From contig OX597830.1 of the NCBI GenBank assembly GCA_951406725.2, positions 14,632,001 to 14,696,000 of the forward strand: a stretch of 64,000 nucleotides of DNA, in the 5' to 3' direction. Source of the stretch: Octopus vulgaris. Taxonomy: Eukaryota. The notes under the pieces are model-generated. The model did not search any database. It saw only the letters and a program-made list of their open reading frames with translations, and was not told the DNA's origin. The position numbers were made by a program, and so were the translations under genes. Position 1 is the stretch's first letter. Each line of letters opens with the position of its first letter. Positions 13,786-29,015 of the stretch are shown here, one piece after another.

Positions 13786-15243
13786 GCTTGGAAACCTCCT
13801 GCTTCTATGTCAGGATTGCAAATTTACATTTATACTAATGATAATTAGAGAACTTGGTTTTATAAGTAAATGCTTAACTGTCAGTGTGGATAAGCTAGGG
13901 TTTTCAAAAATAGAAATCAACCAATTGATTCGCAAATTACAAATACAATCAGTAAGCGGAACGGTAAAATTATGCAAGACTTTCCTCAGGTTTAAAATGT
14001 GACATTGTTTTCGTTATCTATATTCAAATGAGAAAGAATTTAAATGATTAAAAACAGAAAAGAAACATACATAAACGTGATGAACATATTAATATATGGT
14101 TTCTTTAACAAACCAGAGAAAGAGCATTTATGCAGTCATTCGAGTTGCTAGAAATAGCAGCTTAATCTCCCTGCATTCCTAGTCTATCTTCTACAAAATC
14201 AAAATATGATATAGCCCGAGATACAGTATTGCTGATAGCAGACGGAATGGTCATGGCTTGATTGACCTTCTTCACATGTCTACTTCCTGGGAACCTAATA
14301 GGGGGCTAAGCTACAGTGACATCAACATGATTTCCGAGCTGACAAGGAAGACTCTGTGCAATAATTCACTTGTTAAAATAGCAGTTAAACTGCCCTTCAA
14401 TCATATTTTACCATTTATTCTTAAAAATTGATAAAGCGTTACCCGGTTTAATCGTAAGTATACAACAACATTGGATGATCATGTTTATGATTAATCCACT
14501 ATTGGATTATAATTAATCCACTTTTGATCAGGAATCGACTTTAAGAAGACCAACTTGGAGTTAACTAATAAAGAGATTAGCGGAATTTCAATTTAGAAAT
14601 CCCAGGAGACGGATGATTGGCAAAATCGTTAGATTTATGTTCATATTCTCAATGATTATCACAACTCTTTACATTCAGAGTTCGAATTGAACCGAGATCA
14701 TGTTACCGTTTATCCTTCTCTGGGATAAATTATATGGACCCAGCCTTCAGTTAAATCTGTGATCTTTTGTTAAAGTTGTCATGATTAGAATATTTTATGC
14801 GGAAAAACCGATGTTTGTTGAATATCGTTAGTCAAATATGTTATTTGCACATTGTGAGCGATGTTGCAGTGACTAAAAGCAAACTCTAATCTAGTTGGAT
14901 GCGAACTAAAAAAAACACAGAATATACTAAGCCCAAAAAATGCTCTAGTTTCAAAGCTGTAATATATGAAAGAAATGGGCACCGTCCTTGGTTTTGCTAC
15001 TGTTGAACTATGTATTATAAGTTTGCTTACGATTACAGTAGGAAATCTATGAATAATCATACAGCAAGAATTCTATAGTCATCTGTAGCTGATGGGCGAA
15101 GCATTTTCCTTTCACACCGCTAATTAAAATGTCATTGATTATTTTGAAAACACTTCATTGAAACAAATTCGATCTCCCACTGAAGGCCTATAAATTAAAG
15201 GTGGTTATTAGAAATAAATAAGGTAGCTACTAAGAAGACATCA

Positions 15244-15610
15244 GTTTCAAATTTTGGTACAGGGCCAGCAATTATGAAGAAAGGGATAAGTCGATAACAT
15301 CGACTCCAGTGCTCTGCTGGTACTTATTTAATCGACCCCGAAAGAGATGAATGGCAAAGTCGACCCAGCGGAATTCAGCGGAAGTCAGAACGTAATGACA
15401 GACGAAATGTTTATTTCTTTACTACCCACAAGGAGCTAAACACAGAGAGGACAAACAAGGACAGACAAACGGATTAAGTCGATTATATCGACCCCAATGC
15501 GTAACTGTTACTTATTTTAACGACCCCGAAAGAGATGAATGGCAAAGTCGACCTCAGCGGAATTTGAAGCCAGAACGTAACGGCAGACGAAATACGGCTA
15601 CGCATTTTAC
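15244..15610 (-). mobile_element. SINE family A, tandem pair
   Basis: Reverse complement of the family A core, twice. Confidence 0.8.
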
Positions 15611-16369
15611 TCTACTGCCTTTTTAAAGACGATATTAACAGGTAAAACATTGAGATTAATCTTAATAAGATATAGAATCACCATGCTGTTTCCCTTACTT
15701 ACTAGGCAAAACAGTAGTGTTAATTAACCAATTATTCTTTTGCCAAGCTTTTTATTTACATCTACAGTGGTCATACATGTTATTGAATATGTCAGGAATT
15801 ATCTAAACCGCATATTTAATGAGTAAATATTAGTATGTGCAAGAGATTACCTATAACTAGTAAGTTTTTAAAGTTCTAGTAAGTAAATGTGAAGGATTTT
15901 AAGGCAAAATGGCCCATTTTTTTTCCTCGGCACAAAACTAATCTTACTTAATTTTCTAATTAATATTTGTTCCTAAAATTTATCAATTCATTTGTGACTT
16001 TCCCTGATTTTCAAACAGTGGAAATATTCAATTCCCTTTTTTGTACCACAGAAATACAACTACCGCCATTACTTTTTGAAAATTTATATAGCGCAGTTAT
16101 TTCCCGTTATACCCATGTTGACAATGTAAAATGCTATTTTAACCAAGTAAATCCACGTAATTAAGACTGTAAAGGCTAGTTTGATCAGATATTCATAACA
16201 AAAGTATCTATTAAGAGTGGGATATGCTTAACAGACAAGGCATAGCGATACCCACTGAAGTATAAGTTTATTCTAAAGCGTTGTCTGTAGACTTAACTTC
16301 ACATTTCTAAGTTAACACAACTGACAAAAACCATTATCATACATTGACAGAAGTGCATTCACATACATG

Positions 16370-16665
<296 letters not shown>

Positions 16666-16729
16666 GTATCTGTATGTGTGTATGTATATATACTGTATAT
16701 ATATATATATGTGTGTGTGTGTGCAAGTA

Positions 16730-16787
<58 letters not shown>

Positions 16788-18164
16788 CAAGTATGAATAT
16801 ATATATATGCATACTTGCACACACACTGTATATATACTGTATATATATGTGCGTGTGAGTGTGAATGTTTGCGTGCGTGCGTATGAGAGTGTGTTTGTGT
16901 GTGTGTATGTGTGTATGTACATATATTTTATGTTATTCATACATACATACGTACCTACTTTCATACGTGTCTTATATGTTTGAATTCGTGGACGGGTATA
17001 TGTGCGTGCCGTTCGATTCGCATGTACGTATATGTTCGCATACCTATCACGCATGTTGTCGTACATCGGCACACCATCAAACTGGCTCTTTCCGAAGCGC
17101 AGTGCAAAGAAACCCGTAGGAGGTTATGTGACAGACGAATTAAACGTGAAAACTCAATTAAACATCAATGCATGCTAAACAATGCTGCCTTCTCTGTAGA
17201 ATGGAACGGAAAGTAGTACCAGCATAAAAGAATTACATAATAACCTATTGGATCATGCTAATTCACATTAGGGCCTATATAATTTCTATACCTCTTCACA
17301 CCCCTCTTACACTAAAGTTTAGCATGCTAACCATAGCAGAAGCACTTAAACAATGATATAATTACTAATCAATCCGTTGTAATCATTGTGTTTATTTCCA
17401 AATATTCCTAGCTTGGTGATTAAACTAGACTTTTCCTTGATTAATGATTAAACTAGACATTTCCTTATACCCTTCCTACAGCTAATTCAGAGCTGATCCG
17501 AAATTTAATTCTCGATCGATAGAAGTTGCAACTTGCTTTCAATTTCAGTAAAGAATAACCACAGTATTGACAATCTTTGGAGACATGTTCGAATCCGATG
17601 CATTACTATTAAAACACTTCCCGTTCCTTGCAATAAATCAGTTTATTTTCTCAAAATGTAAGAAAGAACGGATGAGCCAGTTTTAGGAATTACACCTATA
17701 AGCAATTTACACTGCTGTTCCTAGCCCTACCAGAACTATAACACTGTAGCACACTATTTTTATCCTTGAGTAGCAACTGTTATTGCCTATGTGTTTACCC
17801 CTAGAAAGTATGAAAAAAGGGCTAATATTTCCTTCAAACTTTGTTTTTGTTACATTTATTCAAATCCCAAAGCACCCTGCTCAACATCGGGCTACGATGC
17901 TCCCTCACTACTCCTACTCGAGATGCACATATAATCAGCCAATAAGGGATGTGCTCAAGTGGCTATGGTCAAGCAAATAACAAGCAAATCTGGGGTACTT
18001 AGCAGAATATTTGCTATGAGATATTCCTGTTTCAGCAAATCAGTGCTGAATGTTACAAATATAAGCAAATAAATGGTAATTAAAAACAGTAAATTGGAAT
18101 CAACTGGACGGTAGTTTCAACGGTAATTACAATGTCGCCATCTCACAATCAGCGTTTCTCCTAA

Positions 18165-18462
18165 GCATGACTTTGTGCATCGGACTCATGATCGTAAGAT
18201 TGTGGTTTCGACTCCTGGACCGGGTGGTGTGTTGTCTTCTTGAGCAAAAACACTTCATTTCACGCTGCTCCCGTCCACTCAGTTGGTAGAAACAAGGCAA
18301 CGAGCTGGCAGAAACGTTAGCACGCCGGGCAAAATGCTTAGCGGTATTTCGTCTGCCGTTACGTTCTGAGTTCAAATTCCGCCGAGGTCGACTTTGCCTT
18401 TCATCCTTTCGGGGTTGATAAATTAAGTACCAGTTACGCCCTGGAGTCGATGTAATCGACTT
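18165..18462 (+). mobile_element. Family F SINE head followed by a family A SINE (from 18295)
   Basis: Similarity to the copies at 11625-11962 and 57909. Confidence 0.8.
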
Positions 18463-18463
18463 A

Positions 18464-19037
<574 letters not shown>

Positions 19038-19192
19038 TATCATTTCTCCACGTGCGGTCAACACAACCCCACCATTTATTGATCTATATATATATAAATA
19101 TATGTTTTGATTGATTGATTGATTCTAGTTTCAGCTTATGAGCTGTGGCCATGCTGGGGCACCGCCATTTGGTGTTGCTACTTGGTTTCACT

Positions 19193-21321
19193 TCATGGAG
19201 GCTTTCTAGCAACTGCTATTTGGTGCATGAGAGAGTTCGATGCAGCTGCCCTCATCTGCCCCTCCTGCCGTGAAGTTGGTTCATCTGGGACACCTGACAG
19301 GAAGAGATCCAGCTTCATTTTAAAGACATTTGTATCCACCCCATGCAGGTCTCTCAGGTTCTTCGGGAGGATATTGAAGAGCTGTGGGCCTCGGAAGCCC
19401 AGGCTATCACAGAATCTTGTCCTACATCTTGATGGCAGGTTTGGAGTCCTAGGCACCACGCAGTGGCGCCCAGTTCTGGCATTTGCGTAACTCTCGATGC
19501 CAAAGTTCAGGACACTTCCTCCAGGATCTTCCAGATGTATATTATGGCATATCTTTCCCGCCTACGCTCCAGGGAATATAATTTTAATCTCTTGAGTCTT
19601 TCCCAGTAGCTTACATTCTGCATAGAGGCTATCTTCTTTGTGTAGCTTCGTTGGATCGCCTCAAGTTCTGTGATCAACTTGACACTGGATGGTGACCATA
19701 GCTGAGAGCAATAGTCAAAGTGGCTTAGGACAAGTGTCTTCCAGAGGACCATCATGGTTTCTTGTTCTCTTGTTCTAAAGGTTCTAAGAATCCATCCAGC
19801 CAGCCGTCTACATTTCATTGTCAGTTTAGCAACATGTACATGAAAGGTCGCGTCATCACTCATGTGAATACCAAGGTCACGCACTGATTGTGCCTCTGGG
19901 ATTGCAATCCCTCCGGGTCCAGTGTATTCATTGGGTATTGCATTCAGTTTTGCATGCTGATAGTATAAAGCTTGAAACTTTCCAGCATTGAACTGCATGC
20001 TATTCTTTTCAGCCCACTTGTATATTTCGTCCAGCTCACATTGCAGGTGTTTAGTGTCCTCAGGGTTCTGTATTGCCTGTGAGACTTTTGTATCATCTGC
20101 ATAACTTGTGATCGTGGCTCTCTGCGTGGCTGAGGGCATGTCTGAGAGGGCCATTATGAACAGTAGTGGTCCCAGAACAGTGCCCTGCGGAACACCGCTC
20201 ACTATTTGTGTGTTAATGGAGGTGGCCCCATTGGCTACTACCACCTGACTTCTATCCTTCAGAAAGTCATGAAGCCATTCTCCCAGTTTTCCAACTATGT
20301 TGAGATCACGCAGTTTGTGACATATCATTCCATGATCGACTTTATCAAAGGCCTTTGCAAAGTCGAGATATATCACTTCCACATTTGAGTGGTTGAGCAG
20401 CCGTTTCAGCACCCAGTCATAGTGTTGTAGGAGCTGAGTTAAACAGCTTCTCCCTGGTCGGAAACCATGTTGGGTGTCGGGCAGCAGGTCATTCTCTTCA
20501 AGGAAGGTGATCAGCTTCCTTCTGACTATTCGTTCCATGACCTTGCTGATGTGTGAGGTCAGAGAGATAGGTCTATAGTTCTTGGCTTCCGCTCTGCTAC
20601 CTCCTTTATGAATGGGGCATATTTTACCTTCCTTCAGTTTTCCTGGAAGTTTGCCAGCTGCAAGGAAGCTCTGAAAGAGGAACTGCAGTGGTCTTGCTAG
20701 GACTCTCTTACATGCTTTTAGGAGGATTGCCGGGAATCCATCGGGGCCAGTAGCTGAGTCTGTTTTCATTTCATCTATAGCCTTGGTTACATCGTCTTCC
20801 TTTATATCGATGTAATCTATCGTCGCCGCCTCTGATTTTATATCTGCAGTGGTAAAAAAGTCAGTTGGATTGGTGATTTGGAGATGCCCAAGGGGTGGAG
20901 TGAAAACACTCTTGAATTGCTCATTCAGTATTTCACTTACCCTCATTGGTTTTCCTGTAAGTGTGCCATCCTTTTCAAGGAGTGGCCCTATTCTACAGTG
21001 CACTGTAGCTGTTTCTTTGGCATACCTGTAGAAAGCTCTGGGGTTAGATTTTATGTTTTCTATAGCCCAGGCTTCTTTGTCTGCTCTTTCTTTTTCATGG
21101 GAGAGTTGCAGACATTTTTCGATTTCCAACAGTTTTATTTTTAGGCGGGACTTTTCACTGCTTTCAATCTGTTTGTTTAGGCGATTTGAAAATTTCGTAC
21201 GCCGTCTCATTAAAATTTTCCTCTCTCTGGGGATTTTGTTCTTGTGTACAGTGGCCTTTCTCTCTGGGACACATTTGTAGCATATGGCTTGCATTACAGA
21301 CATGAATTGTTGAAGTTTCAC
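19193..21321 (-). pseudogene. LINE ORF2 reverse transcriptase and C-terminus, second frameshift near 19510
   Basis: NYRPISLTS, QHGFRPGRSC, DFAKAFDKVDH, GVPQGTVLGPLLF, YADD, LYSLERRRERY; the tail (GPQLFNILP..FKMKLDLFL) is in another frame. Confidence 0.95.
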
Positions 21322-22187
21322 ATCGATGTCTGGCGAGGAGAGACATTCAGGCCAGTTTTGTTTGAGGATCTCTTTTCAATTTGTTTCCAGTTTGCCTTAT
21401 GGTAGTTCAAGCTGGAAAGATTTTGAGGGTTTCTTGTAGGCTGCATGTCCGTGCTCTCTTTTGGCCCGTACATGGTCAGCTCTATCATGTTGTGATCCGA
21501 GAGTAGTGTCGGTGTCACTTTCACATTATGGATGAGATCCATGTCATTTGTGAAGCAGAGATCCAGTGTGTTACCTGCCCTGGTTGGTTGGAGTATTACC
21601 TGCTCCATGTACAGGGTGTTGATGAGGTTCAGGAGGGACCTCGCCTGTCCTCGTTCACATCTTGTCATTCCTGGGAGAGAAAGGCCCTCGGGCCATCTGA
21701 CATTGGGCAGATTGAAGTCTCCCATAAGAAGCACACCTATGTGTTGTTCTAATGTGGTTAGAATTTCTTCTATTTTTATAAGGCAGTCTTCGAACTTGCC
21801 CACATGGCTTGGGGCATCTGGAGGGCGATATGTAGCACACACAACTACATCAAGTTGCCTAATATGTACAATTAGTGTGTCACACACCGAGTTTGAGTAT
21901 GACAAGAGGACCTGGGGTGTGAGGTCCTCACGGATGTACATAGCAACACCTCCATGACTCCTTTCTTTCCTGTCGGTCCGTAGTACAGCATACTGTGGTA
22001 TGTGTAACTCCGCATCTGCTATGTCCGGTTTCAGGTGCGTTTCTGTAAGTGCTATGCATAAGGCTTGATTGCATGCAACAAAGTCTCTCAGGAACGGGAT
22101 CTTTGTCCTGTTACTGAGTGTTTGCAGTCCTCTGATGTTCAGTAGGAGTATCGAGGTGAGGTGTACGTTGTTGCCGGCGGTGTCCAT
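21318..22187 (-). pseudogene. LINE ORF2 N-terminal APE-type endonuclease domain, frameshifted from the RT near 21370
   Basis: Motifs LNIRGL, LTETHL, GGVAMY, YRPP, MGDFN, LDLCFT, LSDH; likely ATG (MDTAG) at 22187. Confidence 0.93.
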
Positions 22188-22319
22188 CCTGTGTCTGTTT
22201 GCTGTGGTGGTCTGGTATATAGTGGGTAGTCCCACCTGCGGGCTGTATGTATGTATTGTATTGTATGTATGTATGTATGTATTTTTATATATTTGTGTGT
22301 GTGTGTCTGTGTGTCTGTG

Positions 22320-22448
22320 TGTTAACGTCCCTGTAAAGTAGCGGTTCGGCATAAGAACCCCCGACAGAATAAGTCCTAGTGTCGATTTGTTCGACTAAAG
22401 GCGGAGCTCCAGGATGGCCGCAATCAAATAACTGAAACAAGTAAAAGA
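22320..22448 (+). mobile_element. SINE family B 3' part
   Basis: gcggttcggc..gtcgatttgttcgactaaaggcgg..actgaaacaagtaaaaga. Confidence 0.8.
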
Positions 22449-22461
22449 AGACAGGAAGAAA

Positions 22462-22499
<38 letters not shown>

Positions 22500-22532
22500 G
22501 TATGCATACACTTACACATATATAAATATGTG

Positions 22533-22604
<72 letters not shown>

Positions 22605-22614
22605 TGTATGTATG

Positions 22615-22657
<43 letters not shown>

Positions 22658-23312
22658 CGTAGAGTAGTACGCTACAAATATACTGTGCTTGTTGTCTGTC
22701 TGTATATGTGTGCGTGTGTGTGACTGCGTATGTGCGCGAGAGTGCACACGCGTATACGCACGAACACACTTTTAGACAGTAGATCCAACACGGGAACTTG
22801 TTTGGGGTAACTCCTCCTATGAGAAGTAGCAGTCCGATCGCCCTCAAAATATAATGACCTAAATGCCCACAGGAGGCACACTGGACAACGCGTGCAAAGA
22901 TGGAGTGACCAGGCTCGACTGCTGTCGGTCAGGTCTTCTCGTCCAAGCTGCCGAAGATTAAACAACAACACCAACAACACACAAGTAATTAATGTAAAGT
23001 AATTAATGAATATAGAGTAGAGTAGAGTAGCTAAGAGATATGAGTGTAGAGTAGGCCACAACAGACCAACACGCAACATGTAAACACATAACATATTGTA
23101 CACACACACACGCACGCACACACACACACACACGCACACACTCACACACATACACACGCACAGACAATCGCAGTCATCCGCGCACGAACACACACACACA
23201 CACACATGCAAGTAAGGGCAGACATACCCGAATGCATTTACTAGGTAACACAAAAGGACAGGTAGATCGATAGATAGATAGGCAGGCAGGTATGTAGGTA
23301 AGAAGGTAGGTG

Positions 23313-23389
<77 letters not shown>

Positions 23390-23620
23390 CAGCAGCAGCA
23401 GTAGTAGTAGTGGTAGTAGTAGTAGTGGTGGTGGTGGTGGTGGTGGTTGTGGTGGTGGTGGTGGTGGTGGTGTTGGTGGTGTTGGTGGTGGCGGTGATAT
23501 TAGTAGTAGTAGTAGCGGCGGCGGTGGTAGTGGTGGTGGTGGTGGTGGTGGTAGTGGTATTAGTAGTAGTAGTAGTAGTAGTAGTAGCAGTAGTAGTAGT
23601 AGTAGTTGTTGTTGTTGTTG
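23313..23620. repeat. Compound (AGC)/(AGT)/(GGT)/(GTT) microsatellite
   Basis: Seen directly. Confidence 0.97.
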
Positions 23621-24147
23621 CTACTGCTGCTACTGTTGTGCCGGTTGCTTCCTGTGCGTAAGGAAGCTGAGGAGACCATATTATTTATCAGTTGTGTCAT
23701 TATCTAAAGAGAGTAGAAGCAAATCGAAGGAACAGTAGCTGCTATTTCTTGCAAATCAGGACTCCACGTCAGGGCTCAAGCTCCCTTGTTGGGAGATACG
23801 TGTAATCAACCTGCACGCCTACGCACACACACTGAGCGACACACGCCCGGACGTTGACACAGGAACACACACGCAAAGATGCACACACTCTACAACAGTT
23901 ACACACACACGCACTCACACACGCGCGTGCGAGTTTGCGCTCACACGCACACACGCTCCCACGCACGGGTACACACGCGCATACACTTCTCTGCAAATCA
24001 TACCTAACGCATAGACAATACATACAACAATGTCTAGCTGACAGCTCAGACGTTAGACAACAAACACACACACACACACTAACGCATACACACACATGTA
24101 TCGAGCCACTCAAACGCAGATTCAGTTCAGTGAGTGTGTGTTGTTGT

Positions 24148-24184
<37 letters not shown>

Positions 24185-24338
24185 GTGTGTGTGCGTGGGG
24201 CAGAAAGCATTGTGTCATGAGAGAATGAATGTTGTTAGAACACTCGACCACGCCCTCTTACGTTGCTAACATGAGATGGAGCAAACAGTACAAATGGCTG
24301 ATTATAATAATAATACATAGAAATGTACATATACCTAC

Positions 24339-24397
<59 letters not shown>

Positions 24398-24400
24398 TAG

Positions 24401-24471
<71 letters not shown>

Positions 24472-25341
24472 CATACATGTATGCATGTATTTATATTTAT
24501 ATATACATATGCATAGACATCTATATACATGTATTTATATATATAAATATATATGTATATAAACGCACACATATATAATGTATACATACGCTTATATATA
24601 CAACTACACACACACACATATATATTTATATATATATATATATATTTGTATATATATATACAAACACATATATATATATATGCGTGTACTTATGGACACG
24701 CACATTTAGACACAAATTTACGCACACAGACTAACATATTCATACAAACTTGTATACTTGCATATGTATGCATACATAAAAATGATAAGAAACAGAGTGA
24801 GAGATAAAGGGAGGGAAAGAGAAAGAGAGAGGGGATGAAAGAGAGAGAAGGGAAGGAATGAAAGAGGGAGAGTGAGAGTTCTAGGCACCGTCACTCGTAC
24901 GCAGATGGAGCAAATCAACCTCTCACTTGCGTCTGTAGCCATCTATCTCTCACCATTTGCCGGCCTAGATAGATGGATAGGCAGAGAGGGGGTGGCCATG
25001 TGCGGAGGAGATAGAAGAAGGCCAGGAACGGCGATAGAGAGAGAGAGAAGAGGATTTAGAGGGAGAAACCACTGTATACACAATATATATTTACTCGGAG
25101 AATGCATATGACAGTAAATATGTGCGTGTGTGTGTGTATGTGTCTGTGTGTGTGCGTAACAATATATATATTCGTATACACAGTGCATTTATGTATGTGT
25201 ATATATATATATATATATAACATTAAAAATTGAGTATTAAAAATAACTCAAGAGGGTGCCCCAGCTTGGCCGAAGTCAAATGACTGAAACAAGTAAAAGA
25301 AAAAAGATATATATATACATATACACACATATATATATATG

Positions 25342-25443
<102 letters not shown>

Positions 25444-25454
25444 AAGATAATTAT

Positions 25455-25519
<65 letters not shown>

Positions 25520-25522
25520 TAT

Positions 25523-25558
<36 letters not shown>

Positions 25559-26317
25559 GCATATGCATATAGGAATATATGTGTATCTATACACACACAG
25601 ACATACCTATGTACTTATATGTGTCTGGTATGTGTGTTATGCGTCTGGTCACTGTGTGTGTGAGAGAGGCAGATAAGTGAGAGAGGCAGATAAGTGAGAG
25701 AGGCAGATAAGTGAGAGAGAGTGTGTATGTGTTTGAGTGAGAGAGAGAGTGAGGGAGGGAGGGAGAGAGAGAGAGAGTGTGTGTGTGTGTGTGTGTATGT
25801 ATGTGTCTTTGTGTGTGATTTTGTCCAAAACATTGTCCAAAGTAATGCTAAGGGAGAGCGAGGAATGAAAGGTTGAAACACTGGCTTGACAACATATATA
25901 AGTGGACAGGTCTTGGCAGTGTGACCCTAATGGGTGTGAGAGGGAGGACAGCTTCATTCTATAGCCCCTTTCCAGGGCTTTCTAGGCTAGTCAAGGGATG
26001 TTGATGCTAATGCTTTTCAGGATCACGTCTACTTTGATTTGTGGACATATTTTCCTGTGAGTGCGTGTGTAACGAAACACACCAATGTTTATCTATGCAT
26101 GTCTGTCTCTTTGGCTCAGTCTCTCTCCTTCTTTCTCTTTATCTTTATACATGCGTGCATATATATATATATATATATATGCATACATACATGCATGCAT
26201 GTATATATATAAATATACATATATAGATAAGTTTTTATGTATGTAAAGAAATGTACATACACACACACACATATATATATATATATATGCATGTATGTTT
26301 GTTTGTACATATATATA

Positions 26318-26474
26318 GGCGCAGCCGTGGCTTGGTGGTAAGTACCTTGCTTTCCAGCCACATGGTTCCGGGTTCAGTCCCAATGCATGGCACCTTGGGC
26401 AAGTGTCTTATACTATATCCTCGGGCCGACCAAACTGAAAGATGCCCGTCGTATATATATATGTGTGTGTGTGT

Positions 26475-26518
<44 letters not shown>

Positions 26519-26700
26519 GTTTGTCGCTAACCATAGCTTGACAGTCGATGATGGTGTGTTTACGTACCCGTAACTTAGCGGTTCGTAAAAGAAAACCGAT
26601 TAGTACTAGGCTTACAAAGTATAAATCCTGGGGTCGACTTGTTCGACTAAAGACGGTGTACCAGCATGGCTGCAGTCAAATGACTGAAACAAATAAAAGA
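26318..26700 (+). mobile_element. SINE family B (tRNA head, internal microsatellite, LINE-like tail)
   Basis: ggcgcag..gggttcagtccc..cagcatggctgcagtcaaatgactgaaac. Confidence 0.88.
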
Positions 26701-26750
26701 ATATGTATATATACACATATGTATATATTTATATTTATTAAATACAAGAG

Positions 26751-26781
<31 letters not shown>

Positions 26782-26820
26782 TCTTGTATTTAATAAATAT
26801 AACTATAAGTGTAAATATAA

Positions 26821-26875
<55 letters not shown>

Positions 26876-27259
26876 TATATATAATATATATACATAATAT
26901 ATATATATATGAGGCATTTACATTTGTGAGTTTATGTATATGTATGTATGCATGCATACACACATACATGCATACATACATACATAGATATTGCATGCAT
27001 GCATACAGACAGATATACACACATATATTCATACATACATAACTAAGCTGATACCGATCTGTGGGAATAGTAGATAAATATTCTATTTTGGGTTTTCGTT
27101 TCAACAAGGCTACCAATGGTTTCATGCGACTGCATCTTCACAATTAGGAAGAGTGCTACATAGTATTTGTCTCTATCTTGGAAATCATTCAAACCATTCG
27201 TAGCCATTTTAACTCGCAAATAAAATATGTACACATATGTTTATGTGCTTATGTATGTC

Positions 27260-27465
27260 ACATGATAGATCGTTAGCCACAACACATATTTTTCCTCTCC
27301 TTGTTTCTTCCTTGTTTTTTCTGTGTCATTTTCTGTAGAAGAGCGTATGCTCGAAATGTAAAAAACTTTTTCTATTCCTGAGCGTTATACTAATACATCT
27401 GTTTGTTTTATACACCACCTGTCTTCGTCTTTTGTTTTTTTATCGTAAACTCTCCTTATATATAT

Positions 27466-27523
<58 letters not shown>

Positions 27524-27568
27524 GGGGAGAATTCACGAAAAAGCAAAAGATGAAGACAGGTGGTGTAC
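27260..27568 (+). mobile_element. Second copy of the 4237 family, followed by an inverted partial copy of its 3' end
   Basis: 27411-27455 is reverse-complemented at ~27524-27568 across a (TA)n tract. Confidence 0.7.
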
Positions 27569-27620
27569 ACATACATACGTATACATGCGTATAAATACAT
27601 AACCATGTACATACATATGC

Positions 27621-27656
<36 letters not shown>

Positions 27657-28340
27657 ACATGTATATGTATACAGAAGCACACACATATCGTTAAGTATAT
27701 TCTTAGACAGGCAGGCAGATATACGAATTAGTGTAAATGTAATAGATCGTGAAGGGAAAATTAATTAAAGTCAACAGAATGTTTTGTGGACATGGACCAT
27801 TTTTCGAATCCGTGTTGTATTTATTTTACTTTACTTGAAACATACATATTCACGGGTTTAGTTTACTTAATGGGACTATCATTCCAGATGCTTTACTATC
27901 TGATGGATTAATGGATAATTCGGAATTAGTTCCTTGGTTCGGAAAATAAATACACTTCATGTTTATTTATTGTGTTGGTTCAATAGATATGCATCAGCGA
28001 ATTGGTAGACAGGCATTGCGCTGGCATTTGTAGGCTTGACTATACCTCGAATCAAATGTACATCCTTGTCACACATTCTCAAGTTGATTCAGAAAAGGGA
28101 TTCAAAGGTACAAGAGTCTGTGGAATATTTTTACTTCAATTCGTAGGTAGATATTACTTTCATGTTTTGGCACAAGGCCATCAATTTCGAGGAAAGGATA
28201 GATCAGTAGCAGCGTTCACTTATATTATCATCCCCAAAGGAATGAAAGGGAAAGACAACCTCGGCAGAACTTGAACTTAGAACGTAAAGACCAATTAGAT
28301 CACAAACATACATACAACATACATACATACATACATACAT

Positions 28341-28375
<35 letters not shown>

Positions 28376-28394
28376 TACATACATACATACATAC

Positions 28395-29015
28395 ATGATG
28401 ATGGCTGCCCCCTCGTTATCGAGTATGGCCATTGCACGAAACTTAACTGTTATTGGTGCTGTGATCGAATGTGAATTTTATTTGCTTTTTAAGGCTACAG
28501 TTGAGACTCAACAATCATGAATAATGTTGTTATCGTGCAATGCCAGTGCAAGAAGATTTTTTAAAAGTGAGGAAAGGCTGAGCACTGAGCCAATCCCACT
28601 CACTAAGCAACAGCAGCCATAATCCGAAAAGAAGAACAAGTCAACATCATCGGTAACCACTGAGCCGCAGGTTTTATGTGGCAGTTATCCCAGTTACCTG
28701 AGTTACCTTCTCCTAGAAGGATGCCCTAACAAAGGCTAGGAGTCCTTCACTCCCAATGGTTTAACCGCGCGATCGGGTATTCAGTCTATGTCCTCACGCA
28801 TGATACAGCCTTAAGACATTTATTGGATGGCCGTTGACTCTCGAGAGTTCCTCTGCCCTTTGACGGGTTTTGTTTTTCATCCCGCAGGGTGTCCAATAAA
28901 CACCCTCCTCACCAAGCAAGCTTGGTGGGGTTGCCAGTTTAGTCGCCAACGACCCGACCATGCAACAGGTTATACTGGGTTACATGTTACCAGTAGCACT
29001 CGGAAGTGACCTGAC
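28395..29015 (-). mobile_element. Family D non-coding retroposon, probably RTE-derived
   Basis: Three close copies; RTE 5'UTR-like ctaggagaaggtaactc; sits in (TACA)n. Confidence 0.8.

Larger units (their letters stand above)
19107..22245 (-). mobile_element. Non-LTR retrotransposon (LINE), CR1/L2 group; ORF2 essentially complete, no ORF1 seen, (AATC)n 3' tail
   Basis: APE endonuclease and RT motifs in successive frames; short 3' UTR ending in (AATC)n at ~19107-19124; 5' end abuts a (TATG)n tract. Confidence 0.95.

Noticed and set aside
23310-23738. Ser/Gly-rich 142-aa ORF
   Set aside because: Compound trinucleotide repeat with no other coding support
25662-25718. Three short tandem units containing gaggcagataagtga, considered as a CRISPR-like array
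   Set aside because: No spacers, eukaryotic context; a simple minisatellite
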